Positions 1 through 10,729 are shown, numbered from the stretch's first letter. The stretch: 64,000 nt of DNA from Oceanispirochaeta sp. (GCA_963663385.2 CAXXXD010000003.1:1585649-1649648); one strand, 5' to 3'. Numbers and translations: made by a program. The notes: generated by a model not told the origin, from the sequence alone.

Positions 1-3000
1 GGACGGTTTCCCTTGGCGTAAACGACTTCCAGAGATCCGCGGCACACCCCTTCTGTCAGGGTTCCCGCATTATTGCGGCCGTCCCAGCTCAGAGTGGATG
101 GTACGGAACCCTCTCCTCTGATACTTTTCACACTGCTGCCGGATTCATCAAGGATATTCAGAACCCATCGGTCAATGCCGACCGGATTGGTTACATGAGC
201 CGTGAAAACCTGCTCGGGCAGTTCCTCCGAAACCGGAGAGAAAATGGTATTTTTTGCTGTCAGATAAACAGGAGTGGGTTTGGTATCCACTTCTATACCA
301 CGGATTTCCACCCTGCTGGTATTGCCTGCTGAGTCTGTAGAACTGACACTGTAGTTGTAGATCCCGTCGGGTGCCATATTCCCGTTCTCATCCGTACCGT
401 CCCAGTCCAGGCTCTCAAGGTTCTCTTTCCAGAACCAGCTTCTGACTGTCTGACCGGTTGAATCCTTAAGCTCAGCCTCAAATCCCTGTTCCGTACTGGA
501 AACCTGGGAAATCCGGATTATATCCTTATTGCCGTCTCCGTCGGGAGAGAAAAGGGTTGTACTGGCACTGCTGCTTATGCGGGGTGCCTCCGTATCTTTC
601 AGGAATTCCGTGGAACGGGCCCTGGGTTTGTTCCCCTTGGCATAAACAGCCCGGATTTCGGCTATATACAATCCATCCGCCGCAGCCGCACCTTCGTTAT
701 TTTTACCATTCCATACATATTCAGAAGATGGGGCCCCGGTTCCTGTCCAGGTTTTAACGGGCGAAGCATCTCCTGATTCATCAGCAGAGAGAACCGATAA
801 GGTCCAGTCCGTAATGTTTTCCGGGTCATCAATAACAGTGTACAGAGTCAGACTATCTTTAACACCATTGCTGTCAGGAGAGAAAGCTCCTTCGCTGACT
901 GAGATCTGAACAGACATTTCCCTGGTATCCAGCTGTATACGGTGGGGGCTGGAAACACCGCGGTTTCCCGCTTTGTCCATTGCTTCAAGAACCATATAAT
1001 AGGAACCGTCTGGTATGGGTTTACCCTGGTTATCACTGCCGTTCCATACAACTCTGGGATCAGCTTTTCCTCTCCAGAAAAAGGATTTGACCGTTTCATT
1101 ATTTTCATTGCGGATAAAACCTTCCCAGTAATCCTCTTCTGTTGTATTCAGATCGAGGGTCAGAGAGTACTGCCCTTCCTCTTCATTCAGTGTCAGGATG
1201 CTGTTTCCGCTTATATTTCCCCTGGGAGCTGTTGTATCCACGTTGAACCAGGGAGAAAGGGCTTCCGGTTTGTAACCGTTCTGATAGCGGACCGTCAGAT
1301 ACCCCTGATACTTACCTTCTTTCAGATACCCGCCGGCCTTGTCTTCACCGGTATAGGGAATCGTTTCGGGGACTTCCAGAACGCCTTCCTGCCGGCTGTT
1401 ATAGCTCCAGGCGGTATTGCCGCGGGCATCCAGAACCCGCAATTCCCACTCCATAATACCGGCTGTTACGGGGATTCCCGCTCCAAAACGGATGGAATCT
1501 ATTCCTTCCGTATTCCCCGGAGAAAGGTAGGAGTTGTCTATTGTCAGGTTAACAGGGGGTTTTTCCGTATTAATCAGGATATCAACCAGAGACTCTTCCA
1601 CGGTATTTCCTGCAGGGTCCGTGGAGTTGATTATATAGCTGTAAACACCATCGGGGACAATGGTTCCGGCATCATCTTTCCCATCCCACTCAAAAGAAGC
1701 GGGGGAACCGTTTTCCCAATGAAAAGTTCTGACAGGAGCGCCGGACAGATCCCGGATCTCACCTTCCCACAGATTTTCCGATGAACCTTCCTGCTGTATA
1801 GTCAGAACATCCTTGCTGCCGTCGCCATCGGGAGAGAATATAAGGTCAATCCCCTCCTGTTTTGCCAGAGTTATGGCAGGCTGAACCGTATCGATTTCAA
1901 AATGGTTGGATCCTGTTTCCGAAACATTGTCGTTATCATCCCAGAATTGCAGATTGTAGGTATATTTTCCATCGGGAGCCTTCTCTCCCGAATCCATGAC
2001 ACCGTCCCAGCGGAACGATTCAGGAAGGGTCGTCCCCTTCTTCTCGGAAAACATGCGGTCAAAAATGTTTTTGAAGGACTCATTTTCAGGCCGTTCATCC
2101 TTGTTCCGGAATTCCTTGACTATATCACCGTCCTCATTCCGGACTGCCATATAATATCCCATAACATAGCGCTCGTCATCAACGGTGAAGGGCATATTGA
2201 TTTCATCCTGAACACCGTTCAGATCGGGAGAGATATACACTGTATCCCCCTGCTCCAGAACGATTCTGGGTGGATTGGAATCTCTTACGCCGAATGGCAT
2301 GGTTGCGCCGATCCCTATCCCGTAAATATTGTCGTAAAATGGGGCATAGGCGGTCTGCATTTCGATTTCGCTGGTCTGCTGTTCGGTTTTTTCCTTGCTT
2401 CCGCCTTTGAAGCTATAATTATAGTAAATCCCCGCCGAAGGGATGAGAGTCTGATAGTTGCCATCCAGAAGATCCGTGAGAATCATGGAGGAAGAGAGGG
2501 CTATGCGAAGATTATTCTGAATTCGGAATTCCTGTCCGACTTCAAGACGGAAATCTGAAAATGCCGGAAAACCGACATCTCCGGTCATGGACCAGAGAAA
2601 TCCCTTCTTCTCTATAAGGTCAAATCCGGCTCCCACATTGAGACTGAGGTTTTCGGGAACAGCTTCAAAGTAACTGGTACTTGAACCATATTCCCAGCCG
2701 ATCCCGTTGAGAGATCCTCCCCATTCCAGATTTTTGAACCGTCCCATGGTACCCGGTTTATGAATAAAGCCCAGATTTAAACCGGCCCCCCAATCCAGAT
2801 CGGTACTCAAGGCTCCGTCTATACCGAAACCTGCGTAAAGGTCCTTATATATTTCCTTTGAAAAGGCTACATCCATGGAACCGAATGTTCCAAAGTTCAA
2901 TTCCGTATTACTAAAATCACTTGTTGTGGCAAAACGCAGGGCTCCGGTCAATACCCCGTATTTTCCGGGATAAGATATGGCCGTACTGACGGCATGTCCC

Positions 3001-3257
3001 ATACCTTCCATGCTGCCGTTCCATTCCTGAAGATTTATATACCCCAGATCCAGAATGAGCCGTTGAAAATTTCCTGCTGCCGCCGGGTTCAGTGAGACTG
3101 CCTGGGGCGTATCCATTCTGGTTACGGACGTTCCGCCTCCCAGAAAAAGGGGGGAGTAAAGGGATTTGACCAGTTCCCCGGAAGAATCCGCGTATATTCC
3201 TGTAAAACAGAGTATTAGTGTGAGTATTAATACTATCCTGCGGCTATTCTGTTTCAT
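1..3257 (-). CDS. Large secreted/outer-membrane protein with repeated FlgD-Ig-like (FSPxxDG) domains; runs off the left edge (partial)
   Basis: Missing from the ORF track because no stop codon lies in the window. ATG at 3257 follows an AGGAGG RBS. N-terminus MKQNSRRIVLILTLILFTGIYA is signal-like. Recurring motifs read in this frame: YISPDLNGVQD, IFSPDGDGSKD, ALSPWFNVD, AFSPDSNGVKD, LFSPDGDGNKD, IFSPVSEE. Confidence 0.8.
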   Translation of the reverse strand, partial: MKQNSRRIVLILTLILCFTGIYADSSGELVKSLYSPLFLGGGTSVTRMDTPQAVSLNPAAAGNFQRLILDLGYINLQEWNGSMEGMGHAVSTAISYPGKYGVLTGALRFATTSDFSNTELNFGTFGSMDVAFSKEIYKDLYAGFGIDGALSTDLDWGAGLNLGFIHKPGTMGRFKNLEWGGSLNGIGWEYGSSTSYFEAVPENLSLNVGAGFDLIEKKGFLWSMTGDVGFPAFSDFRLEVGQEFRIQNNLRIALSSSMILTDLLDGNYQTLIPSAGIYYNYSFKGGSKEKTEQQTSEIEMQTAYAPFYDNIYGIGIGATMPFGVRDSNPPRIVLEQGDTVYISPDLNGVQDEINMPFTVDDERYVMGYYMAVRNEDGDIVKEFRNKDERPENESFKNIFDRMFSEKKGTTLPESFRWDGVMDSGEKAPDGKYTYNLQFWDDNDNVSETGSNHFEIDTVQPAITLAKQEGIDLIFSPDGDGSKDVLTIQQEGSSENLWEGEIRDLSGAPVRTFHWENGSPASFEWDGKDDAGTIVPDGVYSYIINSTDPAGNTVEESLVDILINTEKPPVNLTIDNSYLSPGNTEGIDSIRFGAGIPVTAGIMEWELRVLDARGNTAWSYNSRQEGVLEVPETIPYTGEDKAGGYLKEGKYQGYLTVRYQNGYKPEALSPWFNVDTTAPRGNISGNSILTLNEEEGQYSLTLDLNTTEEDYWEGFIRNENNETVKSFFWRGKADPRVVWNGSDNQGKPIPDGSYYMVLEAMDKAGNRGVSSPHRIQLDTREMSVQISVSEGAFSPDSNGVKDSLTLYTVIDDPENITDWTLSVLSADESGDASPVKTWTGTGAPSSEYVWNGKNNEGAAAADGLYIAEIRAVYAKGNKPRARSTEFLKDTEAPRISSSASTTLFSPDGDGNKDIIRISQVSSTEQGFEAELKDSTGQTVRSWFWKENLESLDWDGTDENGNMAPDGIYNYSVSSTDSAGNTSRVEIRGIEVDTKPTPVYLTAKNTIFSPVSEELPEQVFTAHVTNPVGIDRWVLNILDESGSSVKSIRGEGSVPSTLSWDGRNNAGTLTEGVCRGSLEVVYAKGNR

Positions 3258-3367
3258 GAAAACCTCCTGAACTTGTAATTTCCGGCAAGAATCACTATGT
3301 TAACCATTATAATTTAATCAACACAATAACCCTATTGTAACAAAAAACAACAATTACGGAGAGTATT

Positions 3368-4123
3368 ATGGACAAAAAAAAGAAAGAACCGTGGTTTTCG
3401 GATGAATGGTTCTGGGAAACATACGGCCCTTTGATGTTTGACGAGAACCGCCTCTCCGAAACAGCCGGGGAAGTGGACGGGATAATCCGCCTGGCAGAGC
3501 TTCCTGAAAAGGCGGAGATTCTGGACTGCTGCTGCGGTATGGGACGGCACACCATGGAGTTCGCTTCAAGGGGCTATAAAATGACCGGTGTGGATTTGAG
3601 CAAAGTCTATCTTGACAAGGCAGTCCGGGAAGCAGCCGAAAAGGAACTGGATATCCGGTGGAGCCGTATGGATGTAAGAGACCTGGATTATATAAACCGT
3701 TTTGACAGTGTTATCAATATGTTCTCCTCATTCGGCTACTTTGAAGATCCGGACGATGATCTGCTTCTTTTGAAAAAGATCCGCAGGGCTCTTAAGGAAA
3801 AGGGAACCCTCTTTATCGAGATGTGGGGAAAAGAAGTGCTGGCCAGGGATTTTGAAGAGAGGGTATGGTTTGAAAGAGAAGGCATTAAGATTCTTCTGGA
3901 ATACTCTGTGGATCTGAACTGGACGGAACTGCATAACCGCTGGCTTTTCTATCAAAACGAAAAAATGACAGAGTACACCTTTCATCACAGGATATTTTCC
4001 GCTTCCGAAATGGCCTCTCTTCTATGGCAGGCGGGGTTTGAACAGGTCGATATATACGGCAGCTTCAAAGGAGATCTTTACGATCACAAGGCGGAGCGGC
4101 TAATTCTGGTTGCCCATAAATAG
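3368..4123 (+). CDS. Class I SAM-dependent methyltransferase
   Basis: ILDCCCGMGRH motif I, GVDLS motif, FDSVINMFSSFGYF. Confidence 0.9.
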   Translation: MDKKKKEPWFSDEWFWETYGPLMFDENRLSETAGEVDGIIRLAELPEKAEILDCCCGMGRHTMEFASRGYKMTGVDLSKVYLDKAVREAAEKELDIRWSRMDVRDLDYINRFDSVINMFSSFGYFEDPDDDLLLLKKIRRALKEKGTLFIEMWGKEVLARDFEERVWFEREGIKILLEYSVDLNWTELHNRWLFYQNEKMTEYTFHHRIFSASEMASLLWQAGFEQVDIYGSFKGDLYDHKAERLILVAHK

Positions 4124-5149
4124 GGTGTATTCCGAGCCGGGACTCAAACTGAAGCTGTCGCGAAGATTGGAGCTGATGTAAACCATATTGTCTTCATCCA
4201 CCATGATAACCCCGGTATCTTCAAGAGTTTCGGCCAGGGCCATGCCTTTTTTGATACCGAGGGAAAACAGGGCCGTGGATAAACCGTCTGCCATCAGACT
4301 GTCCTTATGGACAATGGTAGTGCTTATCAGACCGTTATCGACAGGATAACCGGTACTGCTGTCCAGTATATGGTGGTAGCGAACACCGTCTTCCATGAAA
4401 AACCTTTCGTAGATACCGGATGTTACAATAGCTTTTTCTTCCGTGCTCAGGATACCGAGGTATTCCCCCCGGACCTCTCTGGGATCCTGTATCCCGATTT
4501 TCCAGGGATCCCCCGAAGACTTTTCTCCCATAATCAGAACATTGCCGCCCAGATTGATAATAGCCCTTTTCACCCCTCGGGCAAGTAACAGAGACCTGAC
4601 ACGATCGGCTGCATATCCCTTGGCTATTCCGCCCAGATCAATCTGCGTACCCTTTTTATCAAGATAGACAGAGCTGCCTTCAATTCGTATGTTTTTATAC
4701 CCGACCCCGGTCAATACGTCCTGCAGTTCCGATGCCGAAGGAACGGCGGCATGATCCGATCCGATCCCCCAGAGGGATACCAGTGCTCCCACAGAGGGAT
4801 CAAAACGACCTTCGGAGAGTTTTGCTATTTTCAAGGCAGATTCAAGTACAGTGAGGACCTCTTCTTCTGCCTGAATGCCTGCAGCGGGATTCTGATTAAT
4901 CCTGCTGAGGTTGCTTCCGTCCAGATTTACACTCATACTCCGTTCAATAGTATCGATCAGGGCAAAAGCATCAGCCAGAATGCTGTCCGGATCTGATTTC
5001 TCATCCCATTCCTGGAGTGTTATCATGCAGCTCGTACCCAGTAAAAATTCATTACCCTGACGGGGCTCCTGAATTTTCTGTTTTCCGCAGGATACAGCCA
5101 GTAACAGGATAGATATATATAAACTGATAATTCTGAAGTTCTTTTTCAT
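4100..5149 (-). CDS. apbE: FAD:protein FMN transferase (ApbE lipoprotein)
   Basis: Lipobox LAVSC; DLGGIAKGYAAD, NLGGNV, TSGIYERF, YHHILD, ADGLSTALF motifs. Confidence 0.93.
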   Translation of the reverse strand: MKKNFRIISLYISILLLAVSCGKQKIQEPRQGNEFLLGTSCMITLQEWDEKSDPDSILADAFALIDTIERSMSVNLDGSNLSRINQNPAAGIQAEEEVLTVLESALKIAKLSEGRFDPSVGALVSLWGIGSDHAAVPSASELQDVLTGVGYKNIRIEGSSVYLDKKGTQIDLGGIAKGYAADRVRSLLLARGVKRAIINLGGNVLIMGEKSSGDPWKIGIQDPREVRGEYLGILSTEEKAIVTSGIYERFFMEDGVRYHHILDSSTGYPVDNGLISTTIVHKDSLMADGLSTALFSLGIKKGMALAETLEDTGVIMVDEDNMVYISSNLRDSFSLSPGSEYTLFMGNQN

Positions 5150-5313
5150 GCGGGTGATTATGAAAGGGAAGCATAAAAATGTAAAGTTACTACTGGAGTA
5201 TTCAAAAAAAGAGTAGCGATTTACCGGCCCTCTATGTTAAGCTGTTTTCTGCCGAAATTCAAATAGAAATAATGTAAATTTGAATCTGCTGCTCATAAAT
5301 GCGCTCTGGAGCT

Positions 5314-7368
5314 ATGATGAAAGTAAAAAGCAAACTCATTCTGCTGAACCTGGCTGTATTTACCCTTTTCTCGTCAACTTTTTTTGTTTTCTATTTTTCT
5401 GCCGTCAGATTAATGGATCTTAAGGATTTACAGAAGGAGATTAAAGAACTCAGAAGCACAATCCTCCGGTATGAATATGCCAATAATGCCCTGTTGGTCT
5501 CAAAGGATATCCCTGTCAATGGAATCGGGTGGCTTTACGATGAACTGGGCAGGGATCTTGACAGCCTGTCGGAACAGAAAACCCTGAAATACCTTGATGA
5601 CCTTACAGCCAAAAAGATTCAGGATAATTACACGTTTATCAAAGGCAGGAGTTTTGATCGGTACTTCAGTAATATACACAGTGAAATTATCCGCTTTAAA
5701 CCCATGATACCGGATACATCCATAGAGATGGTATATCAGAACTGGAAGAACGGTATCACCATTGACAGGGAGCTCTATGACAGGATAATGACCACAAGGC
5801 TCAGGATTACAGAATATATTAACTGGTATCACCCTTTTTCTGAACAGTTCCGGATTATTACCAACGAAGTGTATAATACAATTGCGATTCAAATCAGGCG
5901 GATCCTGTTCCGTACAGGGCTGACACTCTTTCTGAGTCTGTTTGTTTCCATAGTATTCATTCTCCTGGTTTATAAAAATATGATTCAGAAAATCCGGAAC
6001 GTACGTACAGGAATAGAGCTGATATCGGGGGGCAACTTAAGCACCCGAATCCGGATAGAATCAAATGACGAGCTGGCAACAATGGGTGAGAATTTCAATA
6101 CCCTGACTGAAACAATCTGGCAGAGGTTGAATACGGTTGGAAAGATTATTCATGATATCGGACAGTCATTGACGGAAAATCCCGATCCGGGTCATCTGGA
6201 GAGAACCATCCTTCAACTGGCCATTGAGAATACACAGGCTGAAAATGGAGCTTTTTACAAACATATAAAGGAGAGGCAGGTTCTTGTCCCCGTCCACAGG
6301 ACCGACCGATTCGCCCTTCCCTATGATGAAGGACAATACCGGGAGGAAGTTCCCATTGGAAAAACCATTCTGGGTATGTCCGCCGTATCAGGGGAGCCGT
6401 ATTTTGTAAAGGAACCGGGAGGCCATAACCTTATTCCCCAGAGAACAAGCTTCGACAGACACTTCATATCCTCCTGTATCATTCTGCCACTGATTTCGGA
6501 AAGGGAAGTTGTAGGAATTATCTGCCTTGAGAAAAACAGCGACAGAAACCGGTTCAGGGATATGGATTTCTCCAATATTCAATCGTTTATCGAATTCAGC
6601 GCCGTAACCCTTAAAAACCTGGAAAAATATTCAGAACTCCTTCAGTCTACCGGTTTGAACAGGGAAATGCAGATTGCATCTGATATCCAGAAGAGCCTGC
6701 TGCCTCCCAAAATTCCCAAAGTTCCCAATTTTGATATTGCTGCGAACACATACTCCGTAAAAGGTATGAGCGGTAATATCTATGATTTTTTTCAGGTTGA
6801 TAAGAGCCGCTGGCTGTTTTGCATGGCAGAAGTAAAAGAGATGGGGATCGCGTCATCCATGATGCTGGTTATCCTCAGAACACTGGTACGTATTCTTGTC
6901 AGGGTGGATCAGGAACCAGCGGAGCTGCTTGAAGATCTTCTACGGAATTTCAGGGAAACAACCGGTTTGGATACTGAAATCAGTATAAATCTCTGCCTGA
7001 TGGAACCGGGAGATAAGCGTTATTCCTACTGCGGAACGAAAGAACAGAATATGCTTGTGTTTTCCGATAAGAACGATACCATGAATCTTGTTAAAGCAGA
7101 AATAAGCGATCATAACGAATATAAAACCATAAAGGGACAATTGGGAGATAAGGATTACCTTGTACTTATGACTGATGGGTTTTACAAATCAGTCAATAAA
7201 TCCGGGGAGGCTTACGGCTGGGATCCGGTTCGGCAGATTCTTAGAAAATATAAACAACGGAACAGCCGCTGGCTTCAGGAAGCCATTGTAAAAGATATCA
7301 GTTTTTTCGAGAAAGAGATGGAGCAGCACCAGGACAGGACCATGTTCATAGCAGGTTTCAGGGAGTAG
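5314..7368 (+). CDS. Membrane HAMP-GAF-SpoIIE (PP2C-like) protein with degenerate catalytic motifs
   Basis: Two TM segments, HAMP (NDELATMGENFN), GAF, EMQIASDIQKSLLP linker and a SpoIIE-like C-terminus. Start taken at the ATG after the GGAG RBS. Confidence 0.85.
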   Translation: MMKVKSKLILLNLAVFTLFSSTFFVFYFSAVRLMDLKDLQKEIKELRSTILRYEYANNALLVSKDIPVNGIGWLYDELGRDLDSLSEQKTLKYLDDLTAKKIQDNYTFIKGRSFDRYFSNIHSEIIRFKPMIPDTSIEMVYQNWKNGITIDRELYDRIMTTRLRITEYINWYHPFSEQFRIITNEVYNTIAIQIRRILFRTGLTLFLSLFVSIVFILLVYKNMIQKIRNVRTGIELISGGNLSTRIRIESNDELATMGENFNTLTETIWQRLNTVGKIIHDIGQSLTENPDPGHLERTILQLAIENTQAENGAFYKHIKERQVLVPVHRTDRFALPYDEGQYREEVPIGKTILGMSAVSGEPYFVKEPGGHNLIPQRTSFDRHFISSCIILPLISEREVVGIICLEKNSDRNRFRDMDFSNIQSFIEFSAVTLKNLEKYSELLQSTGLNREMQIASDIQKSLLPPKIPKVPNFDIAANTYSVKGMSGNIYDFFQVDKSRWLFCMAEVKEMGIASSMMLVILRTLVRILVRVDQEPAELLEDLLRNFRETTGLDTEISINLCLMEPGDKRYSYCGTKEQNMLVFSDKNDTMNLVKAEISDHNEYKTIKGQLGDKDYLVLMTDGFYKSVNKSGEAYGWDPVRQILRKYKQRNSRWLQEAIVKDISFFEKEMEQHQDRTMFIAGFRE

Positions 7369-7372
7369 ACAG

Positions 7373-9496
7373 ATGAAAATACAGAGTAAAATAAGTCTTG
7401 CAAGTTTTCTCCTGATTATGGGATTACTCCTGTCGTCAGCCCTTTTTTTCATCAGGATTTTTACGGTTTACCAGCTTAAGGAATACTCGGAAAAAACGGT
7501 AGAAGTGGAAATATCAATGCACCGGTTTATCAACAGGAATTTATCCCTTTTTACAGAGCCGGCTCCTGCTATCGAAATGACTTCAGCCTGGTTTGACGAT
7601 CTGATAGCCTTCAACGACGATCTGGACATCGTTCTGAATTCTCCCCTAATCAAACGTCTCAGTAAGGACTATCAGAAATTGATCGGCACAAGAAAGACAT
7701 CCTGGGAAGAGATGATTCATAATGTTATAAATCCCCTTCAGCTGGATATGAATAAATTCAGCGGATCCAAGCTCGGACTGGAGTCCGGAAAAGACGGGTT
7801 TTATACAACTCTGCTCAAGAAAAAGACGGAAGGCGATACGATAGCGGTCAAAGAGCTTGAAACCATCCAGGATCATCAGGACAATTTATATATCCACCTT
7901 TCAACCTTCTCTTTTAAGCTGGAATCCCTGATTGAACAATCCGACAGGGAGATTGGCTTATATACCCAGAACAGTATCATTATGACCATTATAACCGTTT
8001 CCCTTATTCTTCTTGGTATTCTCGTCTTCAGTTTCCGGGTATCCAACAATCTGGTGCGCCGTATTACAGAAACGAATAAACATGTACAGGACATTGCACA
8101 GGGACGCCTCAATTTTGATATGGATAAGAAAAAGGACAAGGATGAGTTTGATGAACTTCTCCGCAATTACAATATTTTTTCCAGAATACTGTCAGACAGG
8201 CTGGATTCGCTGAAGTACCTTTTACAGGATATCGGAAATACGCTTGGAACAGAGACGGATATCACACAGCTTCAGGAAACCATAGTTGAGCTGGGAATGG
8301 ACTCCATCAGCGCTGACAGCGGGATGCTCTTTCTGGCGGATGCCGAATCAGAATCTCTTGAACTGGTTCAGCGGACAGGATTCTGCCCTCCCCCCTTCCA
8401 TATGGATAAAAGAATAACCATGAACCGCTCCAATGTTGAAAACTACTATGAGACCCATCGTGTTGATAAATCTTCTCCCGTTTTCGGGGCTGTTATGACA
8501 GAAGGATCGGGGCTGTTTATCAAAGATAACGAGACAGAACGTATATTCCCGCAGAATTGCGATCCCTATGAATGGCTTTTCATCTCCTCTCTGGTTGCCC
8601 AGCCGCTGATTGTTTCCAACCGTCTTCTGGGGATGCTTGTTTTTTACAAAACGAAACAGGGAGAAACATTCTCAGACCTTGACTATACATTCTTCCGGGC
8701 CTATACGGACTATACGGCCCAGTCGGTGGATAATGTTTACAAATACCATACTCTCCTGGAGAACAGGGAAATACAAAAAGAGATTGACGTAGCTGCGGGT
8801 ATTCAGAAAAGGCTCCTCCCCGAAAATCTCCCGGCCTTCAACACTGGTTCGGCAAAGATTTATTCCCTTCCCGCAAGAGGAATAAGCGGTGACTATTTTG
8901 ACGCCATAAAACTGGATGAAACCAGAATCCTGTATACGATTTGTGATGTTGCCGGCAAAGGTGTTCCTGCGTCCATGCTGATGATTATGATCAGGACGAT
9001 CCTTCATACAATCAGTCACAAACACAAATCCGCCCATACTCTTCTGAAAGAACTGAACTATCATATCGCCGGAAGAATCGGAGTGGATCAGTATGCGACA
9101 ATGGCTGTTTTCATCCTTGATACCGGAAAAAATGAGATTTCCTACTCCAATGCGGCTCACCATCCCCTTTACCTCTACAGAAAGAGGGAACAGCAGTTCA
9201 GAAGCTTTGACACGGAAGGGCTGCCTATTGGAGTGGACAAACAGGGACAATTCGGACACAAAAGGATAAAGCTTCACAGGGGTGACTATATATTCCTGTT
9301 TACAGACGGACTCCCCGAAGCCCGTAACAACCTGGGTGAAGAGTTATCCAATGACAGGCTCCTCCTGTTCCTTGCAAAGAACTCACACAGGGAACCGGAA
9401 GAACTGACTGATGCTGTAACAGGATTCATCAATAAATTTGCCTCAGGGGCCAAACAGCATGATGACCAGACATTCCTGGCACTCAAGATTTCCTAG
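7373..9496 (+). CDS. Membrane HAMP-GAF-SpoIIE (RsbU-like) PP2C phosphatase
   Basis: IQKRLLP, SGDYFD, CDVAGKGVPAS, FTDGL and HDDQT motifs all intact. Confidence 0.9.
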   Translation: MKIQSKISLASFLLIMGLLLSSALFFIRIFTVYQLKEYSEKTVEVEISMHRFINRNLSLFTEPAPAIEMTSAWFDDLIAFNDDLDIVLNSPLIKRLSKDYQKLIGTRKTSWEEMIHNVINPLQLDMNKFSGSKLGLESGKDGFYTTLLKKKTEGDTIAVKELETIQDHQDNLYIHLSTFSFKLESLIEQSDREIGLYTQNSIIMTIITVSLILLGILVFSFRVSNNLVRRITETNKHVQDIAQGRLNFDMDKKKDKDEFDELLRNYNIFSRILSDRLDSLKYLLQDIGNTLGTETDITQLQETIVELGMDSISADSGMLFLADAESESLELVQRTGFCPPPFHMDKRITMNRSNVENYYETHRVDKSSPVFGAVMTEGSGLFIKDNETERIFPQNCDPYEWLFISSLVAQPLIVSNRLLGMLVFYKTKQGETFSDLDYTFFRAYTDYTAQSVDNVYKYHTLLENREIQKEIDVAAGIQKRLLPENLPAFNTGSAKIYSLPARGISGDYFDAIKLDETRILYTICDVAGKGVPASMLMIMIRTILHTISHKHKSAHTLLKELNYHIAGRIGVDQYATMAVFILDTGKNEISYSNAAHHPLYLYRKREQQFRSFDTEGLPIGVDKQGQFGHKRIKLHRGDYIFLFTDGLPEARNNLGEELSNDRLLLFLAKNSHREPEELTDAVTGFINKFASGAKQHDDQTFLALKIS

Positions 9497-9685
9497 ACTG
9501 TAAGTTTTTTGATACCAGCGTTTTCTGCCAGACTTTGCGTTTATAATAGACCGTCCCCTCTCAATCTCCCGCCCTCTTTCTATCTCCAAAGGGAAAAGTA
9601 GATGCTTTTACCCCCTCTTGGAGAGGCAGGGGGAAGCCGGGAGAAGTCATATAAGTTCCCCCTGATTTACAGGAAATGAATTATA

Positions 9686-10252
9686 TCAGTGAGGAGTCGT
9701 TCTGTTGGACAGGGCTCTTGCAACCAGAAAGATACCGCTGAAGAGAGAAAGGGTTCCTATTATCCGGAACAGCAGCAATGCTGAAAAAACAGGTGCAAAA
9801 CAGAGAAGTATACCCATAAGCACTGTCAACAGGCTTCCGATCCGTTCCCGCCTGTCCTTTGAACGGAAATCCGGATTTAAAAGATCCTGCATGCTGTTTA
9901 TAATCAGAAATATTCCCCCTGCAATAAGCGGTATTCCCATCCCGATTTTTGCAAAGCTGAAGGGGTACCACAGTATAAAAATACCAGCAATAAGCATCAG
10001 AATACTCCTGACAAGAAGCTTCCACCAATGATCTTTAACGCTGCTGAGCTTGAAAGCCAGAACCGTCTGCCCCAGACCGAGCATAAACAGATAAAGTCCG
10101 AACATAACAGACATGAATATCAAACCGACTTTGGGGAAAATCAGCAGAATTATTCCTGCAAGGGAAACAATCCCCCCCTGTATAAGGGGGTATAACCAGA
10201 GACTTCTGTAAAAATCACCGCTCTCACCGGCATCTTCAATAGTAACCTTCAT
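9686..10252 (-). CDS. HdeD/DUF308-family membrane protein
   Basis: Six hydrophobic segments with a repeated GIxLLxxP pattern. Confidence 0.7.
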   Translation of the reverse strand: MKVTIEDAGESGDFYRSLWLYPLIQGGIVSLAGIILLIFPKVGLIFMSVMFGLYLFMLGLGQTVLAFKLSSVKDHWWKLLVRSILMLIAGIFILWYPFSFAKIGMGIPLIAGGIFLIINSMQDLLNPDFRSKDRRERIGSLLTVLMGILLCFAPVFSALLLFRIIGTLSLFSGIFLVARALSNRTTPH

Positions 10253-10255
10253 ACA

Positions 10256-10705
10256 CTACTCCAAAACTTTTACCAGCACCTCCGGTTCCAGTCTGAAGGA
10301 AGAACCTTTTCCCTCCAGAAAATGATGTTTCTGCATCAGATGGAGAGACAAAGCTGAAACCATAACGGAAGAACCATTAGCAATATTCTTAATCTCAGTC
10401 GTGATCTTTCTATGGATCCCGTCTTCAAAAGGACAGGCAAGATGCCCACGGGCTTCCGTAGTCTGAACCAGCCATTTTTCATCTATGGTAATCGGCTCGC
10501 CCAGACCATTGCGTCCTTCTTCCATAAGATTCTTCAGAATTTGCACCGTATCGTCAAGATCCAGTTTGTAATAGCGCATCAGTTCTTCATCTTCCGTGAT
10601 GATATCCTGAAGCGGCCTTTTATCTTCGCCCAGGAATCCGTCTGCGGTGATAACACCCGGAAACATATTCTCCTGGGCTTTTCTCATGTTAGGTGACATT
10701 TTCAT
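10256..10705 (-). CDS. Conserved hypothetical protein, co-oriented downstream of the nqr-like operon
   Basis: AGGAGG RBS before ATG 10705; RGHLACPF and HHFLEGKGSSFRLEP segments. Confidence 0.7.
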   Translation of the reverse strand: MKMSPNMRKAQENMFPGVITADGFLGEDKRPLQDIITEDEELMRYYKLDLDDTVQILKNLMEEGRNGLGEPITIDEKWLVQTTEARGHLACPFEDGIHRKITTEIKNIANGSSVMVSALSLHLMQKHHFLEGKGSSFRLEPEVLVKVLE

Positions 10706-10729
10706 GATTCGCACCTCCTGCTCCTGATA

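Noticed and set aside
942..2558. Plus-strand ORFs of 280 and 218 aa
   Set aside because: Antisense shadows of the large minus-strand repeat protein.
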